Assembly: GCA_030704615.1 (NCBI GenBank)
Contig: CM060734.1
Coordinates: forward strand, 47,306,001-47,370,000
Reading direction: 5' to 3'
DNA length: 64,000 nucleotides
DNA from: Takakia lepidozioides
Taxonomy: Eukaryota; Plantae; Bryophyta
Part shown: one piece after another, positions 49,830 to 63,370 of the stretch
Numbering within the stretch: position 1 is the first letter of the stretch
Layout: every line of letters begins with the position of its first letter
The notes under the pieces: generated by a model
Told to the model about the DNA's origin: nothing
The model's database searches: none
What the model saw: only the letters and a program-made list of their open reading frames with translations
Made by a program: the position numbers and the translations under genes

Positions 49830-50569
49830 TCACCTCCTGACTTGGCTATTCCCAACCCATCCTGCCATTGGCAAGAGATTCCACAGAAACTGATAGTTGT
49901 CTGTTTGACTGTATAACTATGTATCTCTTGCTTTCTTACAGCTTGTACTGACACGCGTAATGCTCTTGTTGTGTTGAATCATTTCACGCCTTCAGGTTTC
50001 AGAACAAACATTACCGTCTTTCTTTATCAGACATGTGCACCAAGACAGAATCTCACCAAAAGATTGTTGGTGTTCAACAGTACCATACATGAAGATAACT
50101 AGCACCAAAAGGGCATATGAAGCTTATTCTGCTCTCCACTGGTATTAACTTGCACCAGGACTTTCAATGGCTGTCTTCCAGTCCACCCACGGCCCGCTGT
50201 AAATGGCTTGCAACCTACAGATTTTCAAGAGAGCTGATTACCATGAAAATTTCAAAACTGGCTTTACAAACCTAATAATTCAAGCATAATCAGCATTCAA
50301 GCTAAGGAAGCTTTACAAGCATCGTGTTGCGAGTAAAGCCTTGGCAATGTCACCAGGAAATCCCTGGCTGAATGGATGACACTGAAATAATGGAGCTTGA
50401 AATCCGGCCCTCTTGGACGAATTTGGGCCCACACTCTATCCCTGCTCCTTCAGTTATCTATGCATACATCCTTGCCTTCCTGCTAGCAGCTGACAATGAC
50501 AGCACCCCCAACCCTACTTATCAACGAGCAATGAGCTAACTTACAAAATTCAATATGCATCTCAGGGCG

Positions 50570-51380
50570 TCTGATGAGAGGGCAAAACATGCTGAAATAG
50601 GTCGAAGAAGAAGGTGCCCTCACCACACTGTCCTTGACCTTGTGTCATGACCCATGGAGGATTTGACCTTGTGTGTGATGCTTGTGTCTGTAGTCAGGTA
50701 ATGTCGGATTGGTCAATGAGAACCTGCACCACGGTGCAGCTGAGCAGGCAGACTTTGAAACACGGTCTGCTAAGACCAAGCTGACTCTCCCAAGAACCTT
50801 GTAAACATCAGGAAGAATATCAAATCATGGTACTAACAGGAGCCAACAACCCACATTTGCAGGATGGACAAAATTCTACACATCGTACAAATTCAGGGCC
50901 GAGTCTGATGAGAGGCGAAGAAGAAGGTGCCCTCACCACATTGTCCTCGACCTTGTGTCATGACCCATGGAGGATTTGACTGAACATGAACCTAAGATGA
51001 CCTCTAGTGTGTGCTGCTTGTGTCTGTAGTTAGGTAATGTCGGATTGGTCAGTGAGAACCACCACGGTGCAGCTGAGTGGGCAGAGATTGAAACACGGCC
51101 TACTAAGACCAAGCTAACTCTCCCAAGAACCTTGTAAACATCAGGAAGAATACCAAATCATGGTACTAACAGGAGAGCCAACCCACATTTGCAGGATGGA
51201 CAAACTTCTTCACATCGTACATTAAGAAAAAACCACACCTTGCGATTGCGGTTGTCCCACCATCGTGAAGGATCTTTTAGGAACTCATGCCAGCTCTGCT
51301 CCGTGCTGTAAAATCAGGGCCGAGCGGGTAGAGATTGAAACACGGCCTGCTAAGACGAAGCTGACTCTCCCAAGAACGGC
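50570..51380. repeat. Internal ~320-bp tandem duplication (2 copies + partial) in the Pack-CACTA
   Basis: CGAAGAAGAAGGTGCCCTCACCACA at about 50603 and 50916. GAAACACGG..TAAGAC.AAGCT occurs three times. Confidence 0.8.
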
Positions 51381-53439
51381 GGGCTCCCAGCCGAAACCTC
51401 CTCGCACACATACCCTAGCGTTTCTAGGGTTGCTTGCTCCAGATGCGAAGGTTGATCCAACTGCGGGCCTCCCATGCATGTTTGCCCTCTCTCCCGCTCG
51501 CTCTAAGTCCCAACCCTCTCTCTCTCTCCCTCCCGCTCGCTCTAAGTCTGTTCACGCTACTGTGATGGGCAACTTTTTAAGTTTTTTAACCTTTTTGTAA
51601 ACCCTAAAAGCCCCTTTTTGATTTTTTTCTTTTTTTTTTTCTTAAAGGAAACCACAAGCCCTTGAGGAGGGGAAAATTCACCCGCCTTCATTTATGGGCC
51701 ATAAGACCTACAGGACGATCAACGTCAAGACATACCGTCTCGAACAATCCCACACACGGGATAAGGGCAGCGGTTTGAACCCCAAACCACAAGGGCGACA
51801 CACTGTGCACTTACCAGCCGATGTGATTTTTTTTTAATCTTTGTTTTTTTTGGGTTTTTTTAATTCATTCTAGTGGTAAGAGTCTCCGTTTTTTTAAGAT
51901 ATAAATACTCATATATTATATATATAACCAGAAAAAAGCATGTGTCGACACGTGTAGTCATGTAGTGATTCATCCATGTGATGATCTGGCATAATGCATT
52001 AGAGTGAGAGTCATGAAGTCATATGTCTGTCTTGCAATATGCACACGTCATTCTAGTGTAGCCATGACCGTGACTGGTAGTCATATCTGCCATGCCAATA
52101 TTCGTGGTCAAACATGTTTGACCTGTGTTGCGCAGAGTCCGAAGCCATGCAGTCGCATATACGCCTTCTCCAGACCTGCATTATGACTTCAAAAGCATTT
52201 TACGACTGCAAATGGCATTTCTGCCACAAATCTGTCATGACTGCGCACCCATGGGAGTCATAAAAGCCGCAATCTGTTGTAGTGATGGATGCACCTGATG
52301 TTATAGTGTCAGTAGGAGAAATGAGTGGGGGGAGAGACTGCTTGTCACTGAATCAGAATGGTCACTGTTTGTCTTCATTCTTGTTCTTTGTTTTAGTGTT
52401 ATGAACCTGCACACAATGCTGCCCTGGGTATTGATACACTGGAACCAATGTAGACCTAGCTTGGCTGATTGAAAACACCAGTGAGGGTTAGTTAGAACTG
52501 TTGAAAACAGAGAACGGATAATGTGGATGGGGAAGCAACACCGACACTGATTTGGTTTTTGGAACTGATTTCCAGCATGGTCTCAGGGTATGAACAACTG
52601 AGGTTCACAGTTGAAGGGAAAAGAGGGCTATTGGGGTATTTGGTTGAAACCTGTAGAAAGGCTGAGAGCTGTTTGGGCAATGGCTTCTTTTGGAAAAAGG
52701 TAGTGTGAAGGGTTGGTCATTGGCATGAGAGAGAGAGAGAGAGAGAGAGACTGAGACTGATGAATGGGATGGTTATGCCTTGTGTGACCGAGGATGATTT
52801 CAAGGCTGGTGCACTGGATGCCTGGTTGAGTTGTGCATTGCATTGCATGATAGATATGCTACTGTTGAAGAAGTGAGGAACCTGTAGACCAAGGTTAGAG
52901 AGAGAGAGAAAAGGATTTGGGAAGGGAGAGAGCTGCTCAGTAAAAGGGGTTGATGGGGGATGGCCAATTTGGGGAGATGAGATGAAGAAAACATGAACCC
53001 TGAAAGAGACCAGTGGCCCTGCAGTTCATGGCAGATCTGAGCTGCCTCCCTCTAAATCTGTGTCACCATTACAAAGGGGGCTTCCGACGTGTCACTGCTC
53101 AAGGGAGCTTCACATTAAAGGTCGTGTTCAGCGCTGTCATAGGGCTGGTTGCATCACAGAAAAGATCATGGCAGCACTGTTGGCGCTGAGATCATAGGGC
53201 AAGGCTGTTGTATAAAAGTAGAACCAAGAGCAAGAACAATTCAAAACTCCCCATCCATGTCTTCTCTTCCGCTGCGGCGTGGATGAGGATTGCATGAACT
53301 CTGATCACGAACGAACTAAGGGAAACCCACAGCCATGTGAAGATGGTTGGATCACTAGAACGTTCCTTCCTTTTGCTTTGACTTCAACTGGGGAGGAGTA
53401 CAGATTAGAATCACCCAGAAGGGGATTCACGCCCCTTCT

Positions 53440-56220
53440 TTTCACACTACAGTCCACTTGCACACCACTATGCCTTCCAGTTTTGAAGTCTGCCCAATTT
53501 CTTTGCCATAAGCCAGGATAAATGTGTCTGTCGTAGCCTTTTGGTTTGGGCAGTACAAGAGCGAACAGACACTATGAGGGGTTCACTCCAGTAGGTGGAC
53601 CTACCTTGGTATAAGCAGTTGTTTATGGCCGCTTTCCTGATTTAATCCCTTCACACAAGCATCAGTTTGTTGTGTGTGAGCTGCCCAACAATTGGACCCC
53701 AACAAGGTTAGGGCTTTAGGCTCAGCCTCAAGATTATAAACAATGGTTTACTTGGTCGCTCTATGATGAGAAACCCTAGACATTGTATAAAAAATGGACG
53801 TTGTCTTTGTGATGTCCGCACATAGGGCATTGACAATCTGCCTTTTCTCTTTGCATCTGTTTATTGTTTATTGTTCAAAGAGTAGACTCCCACCCGGAGT
53901 TTAAATTTTAGGGTAGATAGGTCTTTCAAATCATCCGTAATGACCTCACCCATGTCACAAACTTGAAACAAGTTCATGGAAGTCTTATGCCTTTGTCATA
54001 CAACAATTGAGCTTTACATTGCTCTTTGGTGTCTGTGCTTCTATCTTGTTGCACTAGCTAGTGTCCCTTGCCACGGCTCTGTTCAACAATCTCTTAAGGA
54101 ACCTTGAAATGTTGGTTTTTGACAAGGTTGTTGGGATCTCCACTTTTCTTCTTCTATCTTCTTTTTCTGTTCTCTTGTGTTCCATAAAGCACTTTGGCTC
54201 CCCTGGACGTTATAAAGTTTTTTTTGTTCTTTCTCTGAGCTTTCCGCGGACGTTATAAAGCACCATTTCATTTCATTTATGTAGAGCTCTTATTTGATGA
54301 TGAAACGTTGCACAGCTTTATTTACAAACTGACATGAGGTAACTGAAGGATGGAAGGTTCCCATAGCGAGGGAAGAGATAACATAAAAGAAAAGAAATGA
54401 AAGCGTAGCAAGCCAATCAAACCAAATGATCATCCCATCCAACTGCTCTTATTTGGTACACACATCAGGTCCTCATCTGTAAAGGCCCAAGGAGACAAAG
54501 AGATGGTCGCAGAGAAAGAAAGAAAAAGATATGAACTTTATAAAATCCATAGGGACCCTCAGTGGGGCCAATAGGCCTGATGATCAGAATGAAAATTAAC
54601 CCTTTTCCAAGACATGGACGGAATGAACTTCCTACACTTCCAGGGACAGACATGGGATTTCCTGCAAAGAAGACGACACTTGTACATGGATCTCTGGAGA
54701 AAATAAAGCAAGGGATACATAGTGAGGTACCGCCTCGTTCAACAACCCGTGCACTTGGTCGATGCTCCGACCTGTGCGTAGTGAAGATTATTAATTTAGG
54801 CTGGGCTTGATGTCCAGTATGTGACTGCAAGCATCTTGAGGAATTTTCGAAATTGTGAAGTAGATGGGCGCGGGTTGCACTAATTTCTGAGCCTTTTGTA
54901 TGTCTAAACCTGTCTTACTAGAAGTTGCACACAGACTTCTCACTGGTTGCAGTACTACCAATCCCACTTTGATATTGACACATCTAAACAAAGATTGATT
55001 CCACAGCAGAGTTGGTGAAGATGAACCAGGCCAGCTCCAACTAGCCACGAATATTCCTTGATATTGGCACGTCTGTGTTCAAAGACCAATCGCAGGGTGG
55101 CAGATATTCTCAGTCCACAGACTAATTGCACAGTAGTCCCACCAGTTGGTCGGTGAACTTATATAACTCAGGCTAAAACATGACTGGATGTGCTAGGAGT
55201 GCACATGTCTGGCAACAACGGCTTGCAAGGGCTAAAGGAAAAATAAGAAAAGAAACAGGACGTTGGATGTACTCCATCTAAGGAAGCAGCTTGCTGGCAA
55301 CATCGATTTCAGAGCAGCTCTGAATATGAGTGTCCAAGCCCTTTACCTCCAAAAGCGTGTCTGTGCAGTTTGGAAAAGATCTTGATGAGGTGAGCAGTAT
55401 ATTGTAGGTCCAACTATATACTGTGTGCAGATTTGAAGAAATTTTGAGGATTTATTTTGGCGGATGTGACCCTGACTCTCCGAGCCAGTTTGCTCCAAAC
55501 ATGTGTCTCGCTGGTGGAGCCACTGCAATTATTTTATCCTCAGATACTTACACGACTTGCAGGAGATGCCCGCAATGAGAACAATGAGCTAGGAAGTACA
55601 CTGTGCAAAGCATACCAACTGCTACCAGTTACTGGTTATTGTTAATTACGTGTGCAACTAGATGCAACAGTTACAAAAGACACTTGTTGCAGAATCCCTC
55701 ATACACTTACCGCTTGCCCACACGATGAAGTTCTGCACTTCTTGCTCCAAACGAACATTTTCTTTTGTCTCAAAGCAGTCTCTAGCTCCAAACACTTGTG
55801 GGGAACATTTTCTCTATCTCAAACCGCAGTGGGTGAGCAACTATGTTCTTCTATAATCTCTCTATAGCGTCCTGCCTACATCATGACTTTATGAACCTGC
55901 GATAACTTATCCTTGGGCTGGATATTTCTCTCTCAAGGGTCAGACGATCCCTCAGCACTGTTCAGTGAGGACTAATTGCGAGTATGGAAAGCGAGTCTAC
56001 AGCGGATATAGGTTGGGAGATTCTCGCAAGTTCATGAGGAATGGGAGTATGTCCTGGCACTTAGTCTTGCACAGGCTCGAATACGTCACAAACCACCCTG
56101 TTCTGGTCACGGCGATATGGCGAATTGCGCTGTTAATTGCAGGGGGCCGTTATTATCTCCACCACCATGACTTGAGGTACATAATTCACAGGTGCAAGCT
56201 CTACAAACTTGATCTGTGAT
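53440..56220. repeat. Copy 2 (right part) and partial copy 3 of the duplicated mosaic unit
   Basis: 53440-54720 matches 30640-32730 minus the LINE. 54730-56220 matches about 26240-27780. Confidence 0.8.
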
Positions 56221-56832
56221 TTAATTGTTGTCGTCAATTGATTATCCATAAGCTTTCGGCCGACTGGAAACTACATAATCTAATGTTGACATTTGGTGGC
56301 TTTACTTCCTGGATTTTCCATGTGCCTTGACCCTTATTCTTACTTTGGAATATGCTCTCTCTTTCTAGTTTCTTTCTTTATCTTGTCAACAAGCTCCTTA
56401 AGCTTCCATGTTGAAGTCCTTAAGCTTAGCTGTTTTTTTTTTAAAAGAGAAAACTCCATGTTAAAGTTACAAAATAGGTGATAAAACCTAGTTTTATCTT
56501 TCATTGATTTGTTTTTCGAAACCCTTGGGCCAAAATACAAAGCATGACATAGAGTGCACCCTCCACAACTAGCCAAGAAAACAAGTATTATTCAATGGAA
56601 TGTGTGAGACAATCTCTCGAGTAATAATTGTTTTTTGGCTTCTTGAGGAATGCACTTTCTATTTCTTGTTTCCTTCTCAAATTGATGTCATACAAGCTCT
56701 AAGTTCAGTGAGCTTTCATGCTCAAGTTATAAAATAAGTGATAAAACTTAATTCGTCAAGTTTCTTTAATTTTTTTCTTAGATCTGTTGTCATATTATAA
56801 GCTAGGCTTTTAGCTTTCTTTCTCACGTCAAA

Positions 56833-56992
56833 ATATGACGCCTCCCCAAGGGAGCGTAACTTATGGTGTCATTTGACCCCCAAGGGCTACTGCCTTCCAG
56901 CAGGGTGGTGGACACCTTCATGACACACCAAACGGTGGTTTGAACCCACAACCACATCCAATGTGGTATATGCCCATTACCACTGGGCTACA
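56833..56992 (-). mobile_element. tRNA-derived SINE-like sequence
   Basis: Minus strand GTAGCCCAGTGGTAA...GTGGGTTCAAACC. Shares TATGACGCCTCC..GGGAG with the copy at 23440. Confidence 0.6.
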
Positions 56993-56999
56993 TGTTGGT

Positions 57000-59900
57000 T
57001 GTCCCCTCACGTCAAAACACTAGAGCTTCGCGTTGCTCCGCACTACTAGCGACGACTTTTGATAACATGCTCGCTTCGCGAACAAAGATGCGCGTAGCGC
57101 CCCACGTGACGAAAAATTTCGGCAAGACAAAAATGCAAAAGTACCAAAGGTATTCAACCCCTGTTTCTTGGAGCTAGAGCCTTCATGAGAGCTACGAAGA
57201 AAGACGCGACATTTGCACTGTATGCGACTCCGATCAAAACCACAACAGACCAAGGTACTTCGACATTACCCACTCAATATCAAAACTTCAATGATGTCTT
57301 CGAGAAAAAAAATGCAGACATGTTGCCAGAACATCGACCTTATGATTGTGCAATTGAGTTGCAAGAAGGAGCTCAACCACCATTCGGTCCGATTTACAAT
57401 TTATCTCAGACGGAGTTGGCTGCTTTACGCGAATACATTGATGAAAATTTGTCAAAGAATTTCATTCGACATTCGAAATCACCTGCAGGAGCATCTATCT
57501 TATTTGTGAAGAAGAAAGACGGATCGTTACGCATGTGTGTAGACTATCGTGGGCTCAACAAAGTCACTATATAAAATCGTTATCTACTACCGCTGATTTT
57601 AGGACTCCTCGAACAACTTGGACGAGCAATTTTTTTCACAAAGATCGACTTGAGATAAGCTTACAACCTTGTACGAATAAAAGAAGGAGACGAATGGAAG
57701 ACAACTTTTCGCACAAGGTACGGACATTTCGAATACAGTGTTATGCCTTTCGGTCTTACAAATGCTCCAGCAATCTTTCAACGCATGATGAATGACATCT
57801 TTCGAGAATTTTTAGATGACTTTGTAGTCATCTATTTGGACGACGTTTTGATATTTTCACAGAATGAAGAAGAACGTGGTTGCCATGTACGCCTTGTCCT
57901 TGAAAATTGAGGGAAAAATGATTATATGCCAAATTGAAAAAATGTCTTTTCCACCAATCTGAAGTCGAATTTTTGGGCTACATTATTTCCGACAAATAAG
58001 TCTTTATGGATCAGAAGAAAATACAAACCATCATCGAGTGGATTAAACCAACTTCGGTCCGAGATGTACAATGTTTTCTAGGATTTGCAAATTTATATAG
58101 AATATTCATCAAGGACTACTCCAAAATTGCTGCACCATTGACACAACTCACAGGAAAGGACAAATTTGTATGGGACGAGAAGACTGACCAAGCATTTAAA
58201 AGGCTGAAGCAGACATTTACAACGGCTCCAATACTAGTACATGCAGACCCATCTGAACCATTCTTTTTGGAAGCAGTACATCGGACTTTGCACTTGGCGC
58301 GGTATTTTCTCAATATGGTACAGATGGTCGACTTCACCCTGTTGATTTTCGTTCTCGAAAATTTTCCGCTACGGAGATCAATTATGAAATCCATGACAAA
58401 GAACTTCTAGCGATTATTGATGTTTTTGAGGAGTGGCGTCATCTATTGGAGGGAGCTAAACATCATATCACAGTCTATACTGATCACAAAACCTCGAGTA
58501 TTTTATGAGTGCTCGTGTTTTGAATCGACGTCAAGCGAGATGGAGTATGTCACTAGCAAGGTTTGATTTTGTTATTACCTACCGTCCGGGACATCTTCAA
58601 GGAAAACCAGATGCTCTTTCTCAACGATTGTATCTTGCGCCAAAAGAAGGGGATGCAGCTTTTGACCAATAGAAATCAATCATCTTGAAACCAACAAATC
58701 TCCAATTGAATATGATATCCATGTCCACCTATGACGATGTAGAGGACATAAAGGAGATTCAAGAAGCACTGAAGAGCGACAAATTTGCTACGACACTACG
58801 AAATCAACTAAATCGACCTCGAGACAACCCACATGTTACAAACGACTTCGAATTCAAAGATGACTTACTTTATTTCAAGGGACTTCTCTATGTATCTCCA
58901 GGACCTACACGACTTCGAATTCTTCAAACATGTCATGATCTTCCGGCTGCAGGACATTTCGGCTTCAACAAAACAATAGAATTGATATCCAGGGACTACT
59001 GGTGGCCGCAGATGTGGAAACTCGTGAAAGAATTTATAAAATCTTGCGACACATGTGCTAGAGCGAAGGGACCACGACATCGACCTTATGGCCTTCTTCA
59101 ACCATTACCCATTCCCAAGGGTCCATGGTCATCCGTGTCTATGGACTTTATTACGGACCTTCCAATTTTCAAGACCACCGATTCAATCCTTGTTATTGTA
59201 GATCGTTTTACGAAGATGACACATTTCATTCCATGTAATAAGACGGTTACCGGCGAGGAAACTGCAAGACTCTTCCTCAATAATATGTACCACATTCATG
59301 GACTCCCGAAGGACATCGTATCTGATCGAGGACCACAGTTCATATCAAATTTTTGGAGGGGACTATTTCACATATTGGATACTAAGATCAACCTCTCTAC
59401 AGCTAATCATCCACAAACTGATGGTCAAACCGAACGTGTAAACCAGATTTTGGAGCAGTATTTTTACTGTACGATAAATTATCACCAAGATAATTGGACG
59501 GACCTGCTGTCATTGGCTGAGTTTGCCTACACCAACACTATACATTCTTCGACCAAGCAAACTCCATTTTTCTCCAATTATGGTCATCATCATCGAGCAA
59601 ACCCTTTCCACATGAAGATTGTTGGAAGCCCTGCTGCAGAAAACTTTGCTATTCATCTCGCTATGATTCACAAGGAGCTTACATTCCACCTCGCAGAAGC
59701 TCAAAAACAATACGATGAGTATGCAGATCAACGTCGCCAACTCCAACCCCAGTTCAAAGTCGGAGATCATGTGTGGCTTCTTCAACGGGACATACAAACC
59801 TCGCGATCATCAAGGAAGTTAGATTATCAACGCATGGGACCATTCAAAATTATTCGACAAATAAATCCGGTTAGTTTTCGGCTTGAACTCCCACGAAGTA

Positions 59901-61374
59901 TGCGCATCCATCCAGTCTTTCATGTTTCATTATTGGAGTTGTATCATCCATCGAATATTCCAGGGAGAGTCTCCGTACCACCTCCACCAATCGAAGTCAA
60001 TCAGGAAATTGAGTATGAAGTCGACAAAGTCCTAGACTCTCGCATCAAGTATAAACGTCTTGAGTATTTCGTACATTGAAAAGGCTACGACATCAGCGAA
60101 CGAACGTGGGAACCTTCATCCAACCTCGCCAATGCATCTGACAAAGTCCAAGAGTTTCATCAACGATATCCAGCTAAGCCCCGAGCTACATGTCAATAAG
60201 ACGTCACAACGATGATGTCAGCCAAGTTAGCTTAAAAGTGTACCTGATACACGCTAAGGAGGGAAAAGCACCACACATAAGTATATATAGCTACACTTCC
60301 AGCACTTCCAACACTCTTGCATCTTGTATTGGCAGTATGGAGTCACAGGAACCAGATACATTGGAGTTGTCGCTTACCTAGCTACCACATCAGCCGTTCC
60401 AAACATCACACCGACGCTCTCGAGACGATGGGCCACCAGTACGACGCATACTTCCTCGTCTGGACCCCGTACGACGGCATGTGAAGCCTACTCGAAGTCT
60501 GATAATTCTGTTGGAGGTTGAGGCTTCGGACCCAGAGGGCAACGAAATCATGTTTGAAGGCAGCTTCGAAAATCAGAATGCTCAAATCACTGCGTGGTCC
60601 CAAGTTCAAGGAGTTGGACACTATCGATGGTTGCATGGACCTATAAATCATTTGAGTCAAGAATGAAAAACCGAATACTTGGCAAGAACCATTCGCCGGA
60701 TTTTGGATTTTCTCCAACTCTAAGCAAGTCCAAGATGAGGGGGGGTGATGTCACGGACATAGCCCAGAGGAACTAACCAGGAGTAAATATCAGAAGTTAC
60801 CAAGTTACCAAGTTACCAAAAATTGCCATGATTTACCGTAATTTATCATGATCTACCATGATTTACCATTACTTACCAAGTTACCGAGAGTTTATCAAAT
60901 TACCAAGAGTAACTTGAGAAACTGCTCATGAAGCTTCTTTTGAAGGAAACTTCTCCATCAAGATACCTCTTTTGTTTAAAGAAGCTTTTCCATCAAGAAA
61001 CCTTTGTTTAATCTTGGAAACTTCTCCAGCAAGAAACCTCCATATGGGAAGCTTCTTAGGGAAGCTTTTTAGTAGTCAGTATATATAAGAGGCAAGACTA
61101 GACATTCTTCAGTCTCGCCAACACCAGTTCAAGCTACTTTTGTTTCCAGTTTCCAGTACTCTAGCCCAGTTTCTGGTACTCCAGTCCAGCTTTCCAGCAT
61201 TCCAGTATTCAAATCGTGTTCCAATATCTTGTACTCTTGCTCATTGTTATAAAGATCGTCTTGATTCCTATTTACTCATCGTGCATATGGCCACGCCAAC
61301 CTTGACTTCTTGTCTAGTCTTGTACCACTAGTCTGATCTCTTATTTGTGTTCAGTCATGTTCTCGTCCTTGACA
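57000..61374 (+). mobile_element. Tcn1-like chromovirus pol (RT-RH-INT-chromodomain) plus 3' LTR, degenerate
   Basis: [45 protein letters not shown], and the chromodomain EYEVDKVLDSR..LEYFVH*KGY..TWEP. PPT GAGGGGGGGTGA. LTR TGTCACGGAC..GTCCTTGACA at 60749-61374. Confidence 0.9.
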
Positions 61375-62049
61375 GAGGTGAGAGTCAAGACTAGATAGCT
61401 TCTACCACAATGGATGATTATTAATTCACATTTAGCATTATGATGAACGCTGGAACAAATATGCATTAAATAAAAAACAGCCAAGTTTTTTTCATGAAAC
61501 CGTGACATTAAATCAAAATCCAAACGATTTGAAACCTAAACCAAGTGAAAATAAAGATAAAAATATATCATATAAACAACATTTATAAGCAAAATCTACT
61601 TGTTGTATCAAACGAGCCAAAGTCATTACACCGGTCAAATTAATATCAAATGAAACAAGCCTCAAATTGCAATGGGCTCTCTTGCTTTGGCAAAACGTAA
61701 GAGGAAGGGAAAACTAGGGAGCATGATTCAGCATACCACAACAATCAGAGGCTTGACACAATATAAGGTCATTTGACCACATTTCTCCTTTGGTTTTAGC
61801 ATGATGCGTAGTCTCTCTACAAGACAGTCAATAAATGTTCATCTGTTCATAAAACCTGAATATAATCCATATGGTGACACTTGTCAGTCGTATAGTTCAT
61901 GTCCTTATTTGCTCGTAAGACCTCCTCCAGGGCATTTTGAACTCCAACATCAGCTGCCTCAGCCTCACCTATCACAGAGACAAGCATTTGTGTCTTAGCT
62001 TTGACCCCCGTGATCCCCTGATTCCCCGATCTCCGACTGTAAAGTCTCG

Positions 62050-62297
62050 CATGCACCTTCACTTGGAGGTAATCACCAAGTGCCCGCATCACCTTCTCAG
62101 TCACGTAGGCAAACTCACGAGTGGGAGCCAATACAAGCGCTTGGCACCCCAATAGTTGGTAGTCCAATTGTTGAAGAATACCAGAACCGAAAGTAGTTGT
62201 CTTTCCCGTCACAGACTGAGCTTGCTGAATGACATCGAGGCCCTTGGTAAAGGGCACAATACCACGTTGCTGGATGGCTGAAGCTTTCTCAAAACCG
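62050..62297 (-). pseudogene. eIF4A: eIF4A DEAD-box helicase fragment (Q motif to motif Ia)
   Basis: [33 protein letters not shown]...[10 protein letters not shown]...[17 protein letters not shown]. No flanking exons found. Confidence 0.85.
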
Positions 62298-62404
62298 ATG
62301 AATCTGAGGAACCTGAGTGTGATGAGCTGCAAGGAGAAATTGAATTCAATCAGTATGGAGGCAACAGTGAGATTGTCACAGAAAGGATGCAAAGGGAGCT
62401 ATTG

Positions 62405-63370
62405 CAACTTGCAGTCGATATCAAGATTATGAAGTACAAACCAGGGAAGTCCAAGGATCACAAGATTTGTCGGAGACTGGATGACATTGAAAACAATCTA
62501 TGATGCTTGATTTTTAAGCTTCACTTCAAGGGGTTGAGTTTCATGGTCAATATTTCCTGATGTTAACGGTCGTCTATCGATGACTTCAACAGGGGCAGAG
62601 AATTTCTTTCTTACGAGCGTTAAATTGTGTTGTTTCGCAAAGTTTTTGGCAATAAAACACGCTGAGGCGCCCGAGTCCAAAAGTGCTTCTACGGAGATAT
62701 CTCGATTTTTCATCCTGATTTTTACTGGAACTGTGAAACAAGGTACAGGGTCTGGAGGTAGAAAGAGACTTTTTTTTTGTGAGGAATTTGGGGTGTCCAG
62801 CCGCATGGTCCCTACTGTGATTGGACATCTTCGTTTTCCGACCTCCTACACTTGAGTTGTGCCCCAAGCTTTGAATTTTCTCTTGTTGGGGCAGTTTAAT
62901 GTTATGTGATCATCTTCTCCGCAATAAAGGCATAATCCATTCGAGCGTCATCTTTGTTTTTCTTGTGGCGTCAACGGCTTGAATCGGACAGCATTATCTG
63001 CATATGATCATTACCGGATGTCTGATGGATCATTGTGTTTGGTGTCGTAGTAGCAGCTGCATGGCGGGTCGTCGACCATCCAGATCGTTTCTACGTCTGT
63101 CGAACAAACGATTATCGTATGCAATGACTTGGGTGATGAATTCGCTCAGTGTATTCACGTTTGGCATTGTCAGCAACAAATCTTTTACATCATCTTATAG
63201 CCCACATTGAAACTGACTGATGAGACTCTTCTCATTCCAGTCGAGGTCGCACGCAAGTTGTCGAAATTCGGCAGCATAAACGGAAGCAGGACGTGCTTCT
63301 TGTAGAAGATTTCGCATCTTTGTCTCTGCAACTCTCTCTCTATCATTCTCTTCAGTAGGGTGCAGGTCTT
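62405..63370 (-). mobile_element. Tcn1-like gag-protease fragment
   Basis: ASVYAAEFRQLACDLDWNEKSLISQFQCGL, LCLYCGEDDH knuckle, ALLDSGASACFI, ILGLPWF. Confidence 0.85.

Larger units (their letters stand above)
48255..52284. mobile_element. Non-autonomous Pack-CACTA element, 4030 bp
   Basis: TIR CACTACAACAAATTGCGGCTTTTA / TAAAAGCCGCAATCTGTTGTAGTG. 3-bp TSD ATG at 48252-48254 and 52285-52287. ATGACT/AGTCAT subterminal motifs. No transposase. Confidence 0.95.
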
